Source of the DNA: Obrimoposthia wandeli
Lineage: Eukaryota
DNA length: 55,582 nucleotides
Assembly (NCBI GenBank): GCA_977020255.1
Contig: CDROCS010000229.1
Span: forward strand, 62,001 to 117,582
Direction: 5' to 3'
Shown here: positions 12,850 through 25,646 of the stretch, in pieces
Position numbering within the stretch: the first letter of the stretch is position 1
Layout: every line of letters begins with the position of its first letter
Notes under the pieces: model-generated
What the model was told of the DNA's origin: nothing
The model's database searches: none
What the model saw: only the letters and a program-made list of their open reading frames with translations
Translations under genes and position numbers: made by a program

Positions 12850-14400
12850 CAAAAAACTTTTAAATTGGTAATCACACGCCGACAAAACAACAAGTACTCT
12901 AAAGTGCAAGATTCTTTACTATGGTTGTCCCAATTCAGTTTTTTGAATTTGCATATGAAAAAATGTTGATTAAGCAAATGACTCAGTCGGCAATTAGTCA
13001 GCAACATACCCCCACCGTGTGCAGACCTAATCATTAATTAAAACAACAACCATGACCGACTTCAAGAAATCCTCTCAACTATGCAACAACAAAAAGCGAC
13101 TGCAAGATTCGGGGCCCTACTGTACTACTTTCAAATCACCAGAAAACATTTCATCTACCACATAAACTGCCAGAAGTAGTTTATATGTTCCATGTTGTTT
13201 GATCTACAAATATATCTTTCATCAACTCTTACTTGGATACACATCCCTGACACACCACACAGCACCGCAATCATCCTATCTCGGAATTCAGCAAGTCTTC
13301 AAGTCAAGTAACTTTGCAATTTGGGCCCACAATGAATCATGTCCTCAAAGGTCCTCATGTAATTTTTCTATTTCGTGTAAATCTATATGGAAATTTTTTA
13401 TTCCTTATTTCTCCAACTCAAAAGCCATTTGCAATAGTTTGTTTAGCTCTTCCTTTACCTTTAAATAATTGTCATCATAAGTCTCAAGCTTTATATAAAC
13501 TTCTTTGTGAGCTTCAAATACTCGTGAGCTTCCTTTTCTTACCCCTCTTATTCGTTTCGCCATTTAATTGTAGCCTCACGTAGATTCTGCTTTCTCGCAT
13601 TATTCAATCTACGGTCAAAACAAGATTATCTTGGAATACCCAACTTTCAAAACTAAATCAATGTTTATATGATAGAATACCTTTCTTGTCATAAATATTT
13701 GCTTGAAGACTGTCAATATACTCATTTGACTAGACCCATAATGTGGTTTTCTTGCCAGAAAGCGTTTTCACAAATATTGTGTGTTCCTATTGAACATTTT
13801 AAAAATCAAATAGGTTTTCAAATATATATTATTAATTTCTTTAATCAGAACATCTCAAAACAACCCTCACATTCAAACCTTCTTAAACAACATTTGTCCC
13901 ACATACTCCCTGATCAATTTCCTAGCTTTACTAAATAACCAACATGCTATGGATATTTCTATAAATCTTTGCACTACTATTTATATTATTTTTTTTGTTT
14001 ACGAAACCTCGGACTAGAACGCAACTCATTATTGCAAAGCTGAATATCAATTCAGTTTTTTAAGGTATTTACTGATTTGCCGTAAATTGTATTATTGTAA
14101 AGTTTATTGTTTGAAATGCATAATAAATTCGAATACTGGTAAAAGTTCTATTTTGGTAACACAATAAAACTTTATCATAGGAAGTCAGATGTCTTGAAAC
14201 GCATGCAATCACTTTTTCGTTTCTCATTTCATCCAGTTGGCTCAAGACTGCCCCAATCGCACCAAAGCTTGATTCTGTATCAATTATAAATTTTCTATTT
14301 CGTCTGAGAAAATCTAATATGGGAGCTTGCCAATTTTGAACTAAAGGCTGTTTTTGGTTGAGACACATTCTCTACATCTACCTGGTAATAAGCATATCAG
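12850..14400 (-). pseudogene. pol: Gypsy pol remnant (RNase H and integrase region), element B
   Basis: ORF 14069-14368 reads APILDF…KFIIDTESSFGAIGAVLSQLDE…EKVIACVSRHLT. An H2C2-like remnant (HEDL…HCG…) lies near 13250-13370. Boundaries are approximate. Confidence 0.8.
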
Positions 14401-14879
14401 TAGGTTGATATGTCCGGTCTAATCCACCCCTTCCCCCAGTTTACTGGCAGTGGATGGTACGGTGGTCAAAGTGGAGAAATTAAATTTGAAAATTAAGCGC
14501 ATGGGATACTTGAATTCCGTCAAGAGCGAATTTTAAGCAGGTCCCTGCGATTCCTGGCTTACCATTGCCTTCTAAATTCATCAATTTGTCCGCCCGCCCG
14601 TCCCTATACATGACTTTATGAATTATATAAAGCAACGTATACGTTTTTTCTATCTACCCCTAACACCCTAAAAATATTAATTAGCCCTATTTAACACCCT
14701 TTAAATTCAAAATCTCATAGTGCTCCCACATAGTCAGGAAGTGCCTGAGAAGCCATCTATGGGCCAACGCGTGCCCTTCGGTCCCGCGGTTGCCCGACGA
14801 GCAATATATATATATATATATATACAGGGTCCCGCCAGAATACAGAAGCTGTAGCAGCAAGGAGATCCAATCTCTTTGA

Positions 14880-16430
14880 CACTTTACAGGCGGCAATCAA
14901 ACGCCCAGGAAATTAATCCCGCTGTCTCAGCCGGAGATAGTCCTCCACCGGACTCTGATGAGGAGTTATTCAGTGATGAGGTACCGTCGGATGGGTAGGA
15001 TGATTTGACTCCATTTATCGCCGAATGGATACAGCCAAGTATCGAAGCCCCAGCTACAAACGAGTCAATGGTGGTAGAATTGAACGAGGACGAGTGGCGG
15101 CTGTTCACTGACGAATGAGATGATCTCACTCCAACTCCGATAGCAGACAATACGGTGCCTGAACCATTCAGAAGGCCACAATCTCCGATTAATTTATTTA
15201 AAATGTTTTATAATTTCATTTTCAGAAACTTCAACTAGATTTGGCACCGTCAGTGACCACGGTGGAGAGGCTCATAGAACCGCAGTACTTTTGCGAGTCA
15301 ATGCAGCCATGAGTATCCAATGAGTGAGCACCAATAGATAACGACTCCGGATAATATCAAGGTAAATTATTTTAAATTAGCTACTAATTTTAATTATTCC
15401 CATAGGAAGCCGACTTGATGAAGGAAATTTTGGAGGAGGCAACTCACAACCTACCCGTCGATAGGAAGCAGGGGAAGTGAGGAAACCGCGACGACATCGG
15501 GTCAAAACCCAGACGATGCATCGGAAGAAGGCCAAGTTTGTGAAACAGGCAAACGTGCCTGTAATTGAGGTAAATTACTAATATACTTAAATTTTATTGA
15601 TGTTCTTTTAGCAGGAACCTGCAACACTTATTGAAGAAGAGCTGAGAGAGGCCACTACAATTCCAGGGATGTGGAAGCAGAGGGCGATGGTGCGCAAAAC
15701 CAATGCTCTACAGTCTACCGAGGCATCAATGGAGCATCAGGATAAACTTCCTTATCCTATTATTGAGGTAAATTTTAAAATTTTTAATTATATTTTATTA
15801 ATTATATTTTTTTTTAATATTTACTAATATTTTTTTATGCAGGGTCCTTCAAAGGTAACTGTCGAGACTTGGGGAGAAATTTCTCATTTCCGGCGGAAAC
15901 GGATGATACGAGCAGAGGTTCAGAAGCTGAAGCTGAAGAGAAAATGTCGCACCACATTGCTGAATTCTTCTGAGGCGGTGATTGGTCAACAGGATATTCT
16001 CCCATTTCCTGTGGATGACGAGCCAATTTTATACGAGAGGATACTATTCTCTTTGATCGAGATTAGTCCGCATCCCAGTCCATGACGCATGCAGGAGAAG
16101 GCACCGACTTCATTGAGTATAAGGCAAAATTTGGCTAGGGCTTGGTAGACTGATTCTCCTCGTCCAACAGCCAGCCAGAACTTGAAGACGGTCTAAGATG
16201 AAGCTGGATTGGACGAATTCCTGGCGGAACTGGATACTCCCCAACCGGCAATGCTTCCAGATTCACGAGGACAGCAGGATGCCGTCTCACGCTAGCTTCA
16301 GCGTGAGAAGGAGGAGAAATTGAAGAAAGCTCCGCGGATGATGAAGGCTACAACTTCTTCGTCAGGGCCATCAACATCAGCTGCACATCCTGCCAAAATA
16401 TTGCGGAAACTACTGCCAAAACCTTAGGAA
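14880..16430 (+). pseudogene. Multi-exon acidic/low-complexity accessory gene remnant
   Basis: GC-richer exons are separated by AT-rich introns at 15362-15405, 15570-15611/15614 and 15768-15842, each with an AG|GTAAAT donor. Exons carry stops and frameshifts. Confidence 0.6.
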
Positions 16431-17425
16431 AGTCCAACTGCTGCACAACCACCGGTGCAGCCGAAAAAGAAGCCAGGGCAACCAAAGAAATATAAGGAGC
16501 CAGTGCCGCTTACTCTTATACTACTCAGTATTTGAATGTGATTGGATTAATTAGGAATAATATAATTCTACATGTCTTTAAATTTCTTTAATTTCAAAAA
16601 CATAAGTTTAAAATTTATATAGAAATGCAATGATTAGTTATACATTTTTTTAAATTATAAACTGTAAAATATATATTTTTTTGTTGTAAAAAATGTTGAA
16701 TGTGATTGGATTAAAAAATTCAAATTTATATAAATAAGTTCAAATTTATTTAACTTTTCACAAATAAAAAATTGAGTTTACTTAAATGCAAAGTTTTGTG
16801 ACGAAAATAGAAGAAAACATCAGAAGAAATGAGAAGAAGGGAGATTTAAGAAAGAGGGTCCTCAATCAGAATCGGTACCTGCTGTCGGAAAGTAGAATTT
16901 GAGCAAAGGCAACTGGCTGAAGAAAGAAGAGTGGAGATGGAGGACAATTGGCGAGCCACAAAAAAGAGAATCCTCCAGATTAAACCTGAAGAGGGTCCTT
17001 CTTCTAAAAAATAAAAATTTGACAATTATTTTTCTTTTGATTTTATTGATATTTTTTGTTACATGATTGACTAAATATTTTACATAAGCATACTAAATAT
17101 AAACAATATTATATATAATATTTTTTATAAGATGGATGATAAAATGAATTGGAATAAATTATACATTAAATTATCTCCAGATTTAATGGAAGATTATGAA
17201 AAAAAAAAATTTCAAAAAATGATACACCGGAAATTGTTGCAGATAAAATATGTAATTTACTTTCAAAATATTTAGGTAGGTTTACATTTTATATAATTTA
17301 TTTTAATATTCATAGAAGAATTAAAAATATGTACCAATCTTAATGAGAAAATATGAATATGTACTTTATTTCGTTATAAACAAAGGGATTGGCTACATAT
17401 TTGGGTAATTATGCAGGAATAAATC

Positions 17426-17801
17426 ATGGACTTTGAAGCTTTCATTGACAAAAATGGAGATTATATTATAAAAGAATTATGTATTATGGATATATGCGAC
17501 GTCTTCCATCCTTTGCATTACATATCCCGTTAAAGAGTTTAGATTATAAGACAAAATTTACTAATTTATATCTCACTAATTATTTTCAATTATGGAAATT
17601 TTTATGTTTTAGATAAACTGGATGGCAAAAAGTGTAGACTTAAAAAAAAATTCAAAATTGAGATTGAATACCTTAAATATTTCACATGATCATCTATTAA
17701 AAATTCCATGAAATATTTAATGTCCATATCGGGATCATGGTGACCATTGCGCATATAAAAAAGGTTTAAGTCTATCTTACTATTACTTGACATGTAGATA
17801 A
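17426..17801 (+). pseudogene. DnaQ-like (DEDD) exonuclease-type small gene remnant
   Basis: N-terminus MDFEAFIDKNGDYIIKELCIMD (D-x-E motif followed by KEL) and C-terminus CPYRDHGDHCAYKKGL, a pattern I recognise from Polinton accessory exonuclease-like proteins. Frameshifted. Confidence 0.55.
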
Positions 17802-18051
17802 ACAATACTTATAATATTTACAAAATAAAATTTTCAACCAATAACAAAATACCTAAATTACAAATAAACAATCCTTTTCATTGGAGGAAATTTTTAAAAA
17901 ATTAATATTATCAACAAATAACAGATAAACAATCGTTCTAATTGGAGGAATAAATTAGAAATTTCATCCAATAAAAAAAGAGCATGTGTGCATAAAATTT
18001 AGTATGTAAGAAAACACTTTTTTTTCATTTCAATCTTCGATTTTTGAAATA

Positions 18052-18800
18052 ATGAATAAGGTAAGAACCTTTATTTTTTTATTCTTTATTAATATTTATT
18101 ATTTCAGATTACGTGTAACCTCTTTCCAGCCTATTGAGGTGCTTCGGCTCCGCATCGAGGACATTCGTGTATGGCAATAATGTCCGCCTACTAAAAGACA
18201 AAGTCTCATGGGCGGGTATTCTTCTTCTGCCCATTCTGCAGAACTATGGAGAACAAGGAGTTTTGAGACTTCTTCAATGAACATCGAAACCACTTGTCCT
18301 GCTTCACGGTCAACAACAAAAAGAGGGCTATCGTGAAATTGGTGCACGATTCGCAGGTCGCTCCAGCTCCAGTTCCTGTTCCAGTTGCAGCCTTTCAACC
18401 TGTTTACGGTTCTGCGATTGGCCCTTCTCTCTCGTCTCTCGATTCTGTAGCTGCCTCATCCACTCAAATGACTAACAACTCTCGAACAATGACAGGATGG
18501 AAAATATCACCCAGTCAGATTTCGAGATGGAGCAACCTCAGTGGAGCGACAACAGCTAGTTGGAGGACATCGAGGAATCCGATTTCGTCGAGTTAACATA
18601 CGACAGCTGGATGGATGCTGTCAACGAAGAGGACTTCCAACTAGCTACAGTTGGATTGCCTTCATTAGGTATTTTTTATTACGTTTATTCTTATGATTTT
18701 TCAAAATTGTAATTACATATTTTTATTTGTTTTTTTAAAATTTTTAATCAGGAAATTCTTTTAGACAAGCGTTACCGTCGTCGAATGTGTAACCATGTCT
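18052..18800 (+). pseudogene. Spliced accessory gene remnant with a Cys/His (GRF-like) motif
   Basis: ATG AAT AAG, then intron 18061-18107, then in frame ITCNLFPAY*…HSC…KTKSHGRVFFFCPFCRTMENKEF*DFFNEHRNHLSCFTVNNKKRAIVKLV…. A second intron lies at 18669-18751. Confidence 0.55.
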
Positions 18801-19261
18801 CTTCCATCGCGAGTACTACATCGATGTTAATCATTAATAATTATGATGTAATAATTTAAATAAATTTGTTCTAACAAAGTTCACTGACATGATATATCTT
18901 TCGGGGAGTTCATACATTTCTTCACCTAAATCTCTTCAACTTTCACGTTTCATTGTTAACGTACAAAACAGTGATAACCTTTGATTTCTGTATAGCGTGT
19001 TGGCCATCCTCAAAAGGGATATATTTACTGAGCACAGAGAGCGTGTCAGTAAATATACCCATTTTAGATGAATTTCCAAACGCATTTCCATCGTGTTTCA
19101 TAATCTCAAAGGATATGATTTGCATTATATACTTAAATACGCGTTGGGTACATTAAGTTCTTGGGAAATTTCTTGTATATCTCAAACTTCAGAGAAATAG
19201 TTTATCTTAAACTGCATATACTGAATTCTGCAGTTTAAGATTTATAGATTCTCTGTAGTTT

Positions 19262-19807
19262 TTGAGTGGTTACTCGAGTTATATAGGTCAAACGGTTTTA
19301 GACATTTCCAAACTCAGAATGTACGAGCTTCAATACATAGAATTGGAGAAATATCGACAAGAATTTTATTGTGAGATCAAAATCGCAGCTGGGGACACTG
19401 ATTCTTTATTTTTAGAATGTAGGAATGTTAGTTTAAATAATCAATTATTACCAGCAATGTTTAGGGACAACTTACTAGATACCCATAAATATCCTACTAA
19501 CCATCCTCTACACTCTATGAGTTTAAAGGACATTATCGGGAAATTTAAGGATGAAAGCGAGGGACACGTTTCGTATGATGATTGTATTTTCCTACGCCCT
19601 AAATGCTACAGTTTACATGCATCTAATAATACATGTTCAATGAGAGCAAAGGGTGTGGGAAGAAACAATCTTACACATGAGGCCTACCGGAAAGTTTATG
19701 ATACTGGGCGTATTGAAAGCGTTGAGCAAACTAGATTTATTTCAAGAGCTAAATGTATTCCCATAAAATCAACCAAAATTATAGTAATTATAGAAAAGTC
19801 AATTTAG
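19262..19807 (+). pseudogene. Protein-primed family B DNA polymerase, C-terminal fragment (Polinton type)
   Basis: YIGQTVLDISKLRMYE…GDTDSLF…LDTHKYPTNHPL…IGKFKDESEG…FLRPKCYS…RAKGV matches the Polinton pPolB palm/thumb. Truncated at both ends. Confidence 0.9.
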
Positions 19808-20384
19808 AATTTAAACGACAGTTTTTAAACCCTATTTGACTTACTTTTTATTTCATCAACCTTTACGGTAATTCTGACCCAACCAAATATGAGTGATGAA
19901 TGACATATCCCAGTATTTCAGATATTAACTTACACAGCTATGGATTTCGTCAAATTTATTCCAGCTCAACTTGATTGTCTTCATTAGGTATTTTTTATTA
20001 TTATTTTTAAATTATATATTTTATTTTATATATATTTTTATTTTTGTTTACAAAATGTCAATCGGCATTTCTACAACAGAATGTCCACCATAGTAATCGA
20101 TGTTAGCAGAAATAATAATTTTATATACTCAACAGAAAAAACAGCCGCTTTCTTCACGGCAAGGTCATTTCAACATCAGCTAAAACATCGGCAATAAAAT
20201 AGCTTAATAGTGCAATTGCCTCAACATTGTCCAATATTTGAAATATAACTATTGTCTTCCGTTCAATTATATGCAGTCGGTGAGGTACACAGAGCTACTA
20301 ACTTTATAGTTATTAAAATACTAGGTTAGATTCATAGAAAATTTTTAAGGTTAAAAAGACAGTCACTTGATAAAATAACAATAA

Positions 20385-21735
20385 CGTATGTTTACAAAGT
20401 AAATTTATTGTAAACGATAGTAAACTATCAATGACTTTTTTATGTAATGCAAATATTAGAGTATTAACTTACAATATATTAAACTGAATATGTTTTTACA
20501 AGATCTTTTATTATACAAAAACATTAAAATTATGATTAATAAGTAAACTACTTTGAAGTTTTTGTTGTAAAATTATAATAAAGTAACTTACAACGTATTA
20601 AAGTGAATATATGAATAAATAAATATATTAAAAATATCACTAATTTTATGTAGACTTACAAGTAATCTGTAGGATAAAACGATAGTAAAATATCAATGCA
20701 TACTTTTTTATGTAATGGAATATTACAGTAATAATTTACAACGTATTAAATGAATATGCACAATGTTAAAATTATGTTTACAAGTTAATTTATTGATCAA
20801 ATCATTAAAAATTATGATTATTAAGTAAAGTACTTGAGTTGTTTGTTGTAAATTATATTAAAGTAATAACTTACAACATATTAAATTGAAAATATACAAA
20901 AATATACTATGTTTACAAGTCAATGTATTGTACAAAACATTAATATTATGATTATTAAGTAAACTACATGAAGTTTTTGTAGTAAATTATATTACAGTAA
21001 TAACTTACAACATTTTAAACTGTATATATGCAACAACAAATAAATATTGTAGTTTACAAGTAAATTTGTTTTTGTTGTAAATTATATTAAAGTAATAATC
21101 TTACACCATATTAAATTGAAAATATACCAAAATAAATTATGTTTACAAGTCAATTTATTGACAAAACATTAAACTTATGATTAATAAGTAAACTACTTGA
21201 AGTTTTTGTTGAAAATTATATTAAAGTAATAAGTTACAACATATTAAAGTTAATATATGCATAAATATATTATGTTTACAAAGTCAATTTATAGTAAACG
21301 ACAGTAAAATATCAATACTTTTTTTATGTAATGGAATATTACAGCACATAATTTTACAACGTATTAAACTAAATATATGCAAAATAAATTATGTTTACAA
21401 GTCAATTTATTGTAAACGACAGTAAACTATGAATTACTTTTCATGTAATGAAATATTACAGTATTAACTTACAATATATTAAATGAATATGCACAATAAA
21501 TTATGTTTACAAGTCAATTTATTGTACAAATCCTTAAATTATGATTAATATGTAAACTACTTGAAGTTTGTTGTAAATATTTTATGTTTACAAGTCAATT
21601 TATCGTACAAATCATTAATATTAAGATTATTAAGTAAATTACTTGAAGTTTAGGTTGTAAATTATATTAAAGTAATAACTTACAACATATTAAAGTGAAT
21701 ATATGCAAAATTATAATATTATATTTACAAGTCAA
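20385..21735. repeat. AT-rich satellite (satellite 2 family), older and more diverged copy
   Basis: Units such as TTATGTTTACAAGTCAATTTATTGTACAAAACATT…AAGTAATAACTTACAACATATTAAA, the same family as 36540-39615. Confidence 0.9.
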
Positions 21736-22661
21736 TTTTCGAATGTCTAGTAAACAAAATTAAATAACTCGAAAAAACATTTACTATTTGAAATAATAAA
21801 CCTAATAGTACTTTATATTTGAAATTTATATTATATGCAGTCGGTGAGGTACAGCTACTAACTTTATAATTAAAATATTTTTTATAGTTTAAGGTTAGAA
21901 TCACTTGATAAAAACTACAATAATGTGATAAAGAAATATTATTTAACATATAAAAATGAATTTTTGAAGAAATAAATTGAATATTCATATTATATTAATA
22001 AGACAATGACAAAAATATCAAGTAATTAAAAAATAAAATTGTTTGTTGAGTTAATTTACTAAATTTGTATATAAATATATTTTCGAATAGTTAAAAAGAG
22101 AAATGAATATTGATAATTTCAATTATATTTACGAATATAAATTTATAATCAAGTTATTTAAAAATAAAGAATTTAAATTTATCTAATTATTTAAAATATT
22201 TCAATTAAGGAATTTTATCAAACGAGATAAGACATTTTAATTATTTAATTGCATGAGTATGTATGAAAGGTTAACTTTAATATGGAGGTAAACTATGTGA
22301 AAATATGAAAGTTCGCATCTTAATTATTATAACTTCATCATAACTTACATCATCTTCATTGATTGATAGTATTAATTTAATAATTAGCTAGTACTCACTT
22401 GCAGTTTAAGATTCACTTGCAGTTTAAGATTCACTTGCAAAGATTCTTACTTGTATTTGCATTCATATTTGCATTCACTTACATTCATACTTGCATTCAC
22501 TTACATTCATTCTAACTCTCATATATTTAAACTAACATTCAAATTCATTAATATATTTACTAATTTTCATTCATAATTGACATTCGTACTTGCATATTGC
22601 GTATTCTTTCTTACTTGTACTTGACCCTGCATTCATACTTGCATTCATTTACATTCAATCT

Positions 22662-23185
22662 AACTGTAATTTATTCAAACTATCATTCAAATACATTTAA
22701 ATACATTAATATTTTACTAATTTTCATTCATACTGTCAAATTTGGTGTTGTTTTCTATTAATCTTGCCATAACTTAGTCGTTCTAATTTTTAACATACTT
22801 CAATATCACTGCTTCTTATAGTTGCTTACTTGTTATTAATTTACTGTAACTTAACATAACTTTATTCATACGAAAACTCTATTTTAATTTACTTATAGTC
22901 TAAATTACACACACATTCAATCAAACTGTAATTTATTCAAACTATCATTCAAATACATTCAAATACATTAATATTTTACTAATTTTCATTCATACTGTCA
23001 AATTTGGTGTTGTTTTCTATTAATCTTGCCATAACTTAGTCGTTCTAATTTTTAACATACTTCAATATCACTGCTTCTTATAGTTGCTTACTTGTTATTA
23101 ATTTACTGTAACTTAACATAACTTTATTCATACGAAAACTCTATTTTAATTTACTTATAGTCTAAATTACACACACATTCAATCA
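22662..23185. repeat. ~262-bp tandem duplication related to the reverse complement of satellite 1
   Basis: AACTGTAATTTATTCAAACTATC begins at 22662 and again at 22924, and the two copies are near-identical. Confidence 0.9.
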
Positions 23186-24259
23186 AACTATCGACACTCT
23201 TATTTTTAAATTACATTCACTTACTAAGACACTTACTTGTATTTGCATTCATTTGCATTCATACTTGTATTCATTTACATTCAATCTAACTCTCATTTTT
23301 TTTTTCAAACTTTCATTCAAATATTCAAATAAATTAATATTTTACTAATTTTCATTCATAGCGTTAAACTTAGTGTTGTTGTTTTGTTTTTTTCTTTTTC
23401 TATTAATTCCGTTGTAACTTAGTTGTTAAATCGGAAAGAATGTATAAAGAATGGATTTTCTTACTTTACAAATGTTATTCACTTAAGTTTGAAGATGATA
23501 TTATGAAATTACATAATAAATATGTTTAATTTTGTATTATTCTCTGACTTCTTTCTTATTTTATTTTTTTTTATTTTAATATATAATTTAAGTTATTTAA
23601 AGAAATTTTATCATAATTCTATAAATGTATAAGCCTAGGAAAAAAATTTTGATCTAAACTTTCACATAGAATAGTGTGTGTGTTAAAAACCACATTCCTT
23701 AACTGATAAGAGTGAACTTTAGCCTTGATTTTCACATAGAATAGTGTGTGTGTTAAAAACCACATTCCTTAACTGATAAGAGTGAACTTTAGCCTTGATT
23801 TTCACATAGAATAGTGTGTGTATTATTACGTAATACATTCCTTAACTTTTAAGTGTGAACTTTCACATGATCTTAATTATACCTTCAAAGTTTCAAGTCA
23901 AAACTGACCTTGACCCTTTTATTTATGGACGATCATAGTGGTATATCAAAGAAGGGTGGAGACTAGATCACTTGACTCTTTGAATTATGGACGATCATAG
24001 TGGTATACCAAAGAAGGGTGGAGACTAGACCACTTGACTCTTTGAATTATGGACGAACATAGTGGTTAGCCAAAAGAAGGGTGGAGACTAGACCACAAAA
24101 AGAAGGGTGGAGACTAGACCACTTGACCCTTTGAATTATGGACGATCATAGTGGTTAGCCAAAAAGAAGGGTGGAGACTAGACCACAAAAAGAAGGGTGG
24201 AGACTAAGCCACTTGACCCTTTCATAGTGGTATATCAAAGAAGGATGGAGTCTAGATCA
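23181..24259 (+). repeat. Truncated right TIR of Polinton copy A, with 70-bp and ~55-60-bp internal tandem repeats
   Basis: Collinear with 39924-40890. It stops after …GAAGGATGGAGTCTAGATCA. Confidence 0.9.
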
Positions 24260-24633
24260 TTTTGCAAATATTGTTCCTTCAACTTTCTTATGTTTGCTTA
24301 TACTATTTTTTTGCTTCTTTTACGTTTAAATCCACTATCTTCTTGGCTTTCATTTGATTTACCTTTACTAATCAAATTAGCAACGTCAGGTAAAACATTA
24401 TCAAGTTCATTAAGTGCATGATTCTTAAAAATTGGTGGTAGTTTATTGTACTTAGATGAAAAGTAATCCTTTCCTAAATTTGATACAAACCGCCTGAGTC
24501 TCTTCAAAAGAGGAAAGGCAAATCTACCTAATGTTCTAAGCCAGCCGGATTCATATTGTTTACCAACAAAATATGATAATTCTCCACCTTGTTGGCTTTG
24601 ACTATAAACTTCAATTATTGCCGAATTCGCCAT
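24260..24633 (-). pseudogene. Small basic Polinton protein (QxGG…GWLRTLGRFAFPLLK amphipathic N-terminus; basic C-terminus)
   Basis: ORF 24298-24633. It resembles the conserved small gene that follows the minor capsid protein in Polintons. A -1 frame near the end gives KRSKKNSISKHKKVEGTIFAK*. Confidence 0.7.
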
Positions 24634-25646
24634 TTTGTTTTCTTAAATGTATTGTTAAACTTGTCTTGGCTCCGTACGTGAAATATATTAGTTGTCCGGA
24701 ATCATCTCTAATATTTACTTCAACATTGTTTATAGAAAAGAGAGCAACTGGAAGATACATTGGTTGATCTATACGAATACCGATAACGTCCCCAACTTTA
24801 GTTTGACTTTGAGATATCCATATTGTTCTCAAAAGTGGAACTTGTAGACTTCCTACAAACGTTGGTTCTATTAAATTAGTATAAATATATTAACTATTTA
24901 TAGCATTTATAGCATTTAGAAGTTTTGCCCTATTTTTCTGTAATGGTTTTTATTTAATGGGTTTTAAAGGTATTTCGGGTTAAACCGAGGTTTTTAGCAA
25001 CTTTATCATTAAATGGAACCCGTTTTTCATTGCTATTTACTGTAATTGTCAATTTACCATTTTTTAATGTTATATAATTATCCAAATATTCACTTAATTA
25101 TCTATTTTATAATCTGTTGAAAATATTTTCAGTTCCACAACATCCTTTACTCTCGTTTCAAGTAACAACACTCTTGCTTCTCTCCAGGAACATTTCTAAC
25201 CGATTTAGATGAGACTATATTCCATCTATTATGAGCTACTGTTTGTTCACTATCAAAACCAAATTGAAGAGCTTATTTTTCAGATTCAAATGTAATTTAA
25301 ATAAATTTAATAAAATTTAATCGATTTTTAAATCTGACTTTGTTATTTTCATATATTACTTTCACTTCTTTATATATACAATTTTAATAGAATTGTCCTT
25401 TACTATCAAACCCGATCACAACTTTATTTGTTTTTTCATAATTAAATTATTTTGTAAACGAAATATGTTAGTTTTTTTCTGATAGTAATTAGAGAATAAT
25501 AAAAAAGAAAATTCAGTTAAAGCCGCTTCCCATTCTCCTTGGAGATTTATATGAGTTTACCAATCGATAATAAAGCTATTAGCATCATTATCCGGTTGAG
25601 TCTTCGAGCATCCGTTACTAGGTAAAACCATATACATAGACTTCAT
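24611..25646 (-). pseudogene. Polinton minor capsid protein (penton)
   Basis: N-terminus MKSMYMVLPSNGCSKTQPDNDANSFIIDW*THINLQGEWEAALTEF. C-terminus YIYTNLIEPTFVGSLQVPLLRTIW…PMYLPVALFSINNVEVNIRDDSGQLIYF…LTIHLRK. Internal stops. Confidence 0.85.

Larger units (their letters stand above)
14880..24259 (+). mobile_element. Decayed Polinton/Maverick copy A (left end not visible; right TIR truncated)
   Basis: Contains a pPolB fragment and an exonuclease-like gene. It ends in sequence homologous to the internal satellite, spacer and right TIR of the TSD-flanked element at 33695-41107. The left boundary is inferred. Confidence 0.75.

Noticed and set aside
14761-14795. GC-rich hairpin GGGCCAACGCG…CGCGGTTGCCC as an HDV-like ribozyme
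   Set aside because: It is a simple imperfect stem-loop, and no P2/P1.1 pseudoknot elements could be assigned.
14805-14823. (TA)n run upstream of the spliced accessory gene as a promoter element
   Set aside because: It cannot be distinguished from an ordinary microsatellite.
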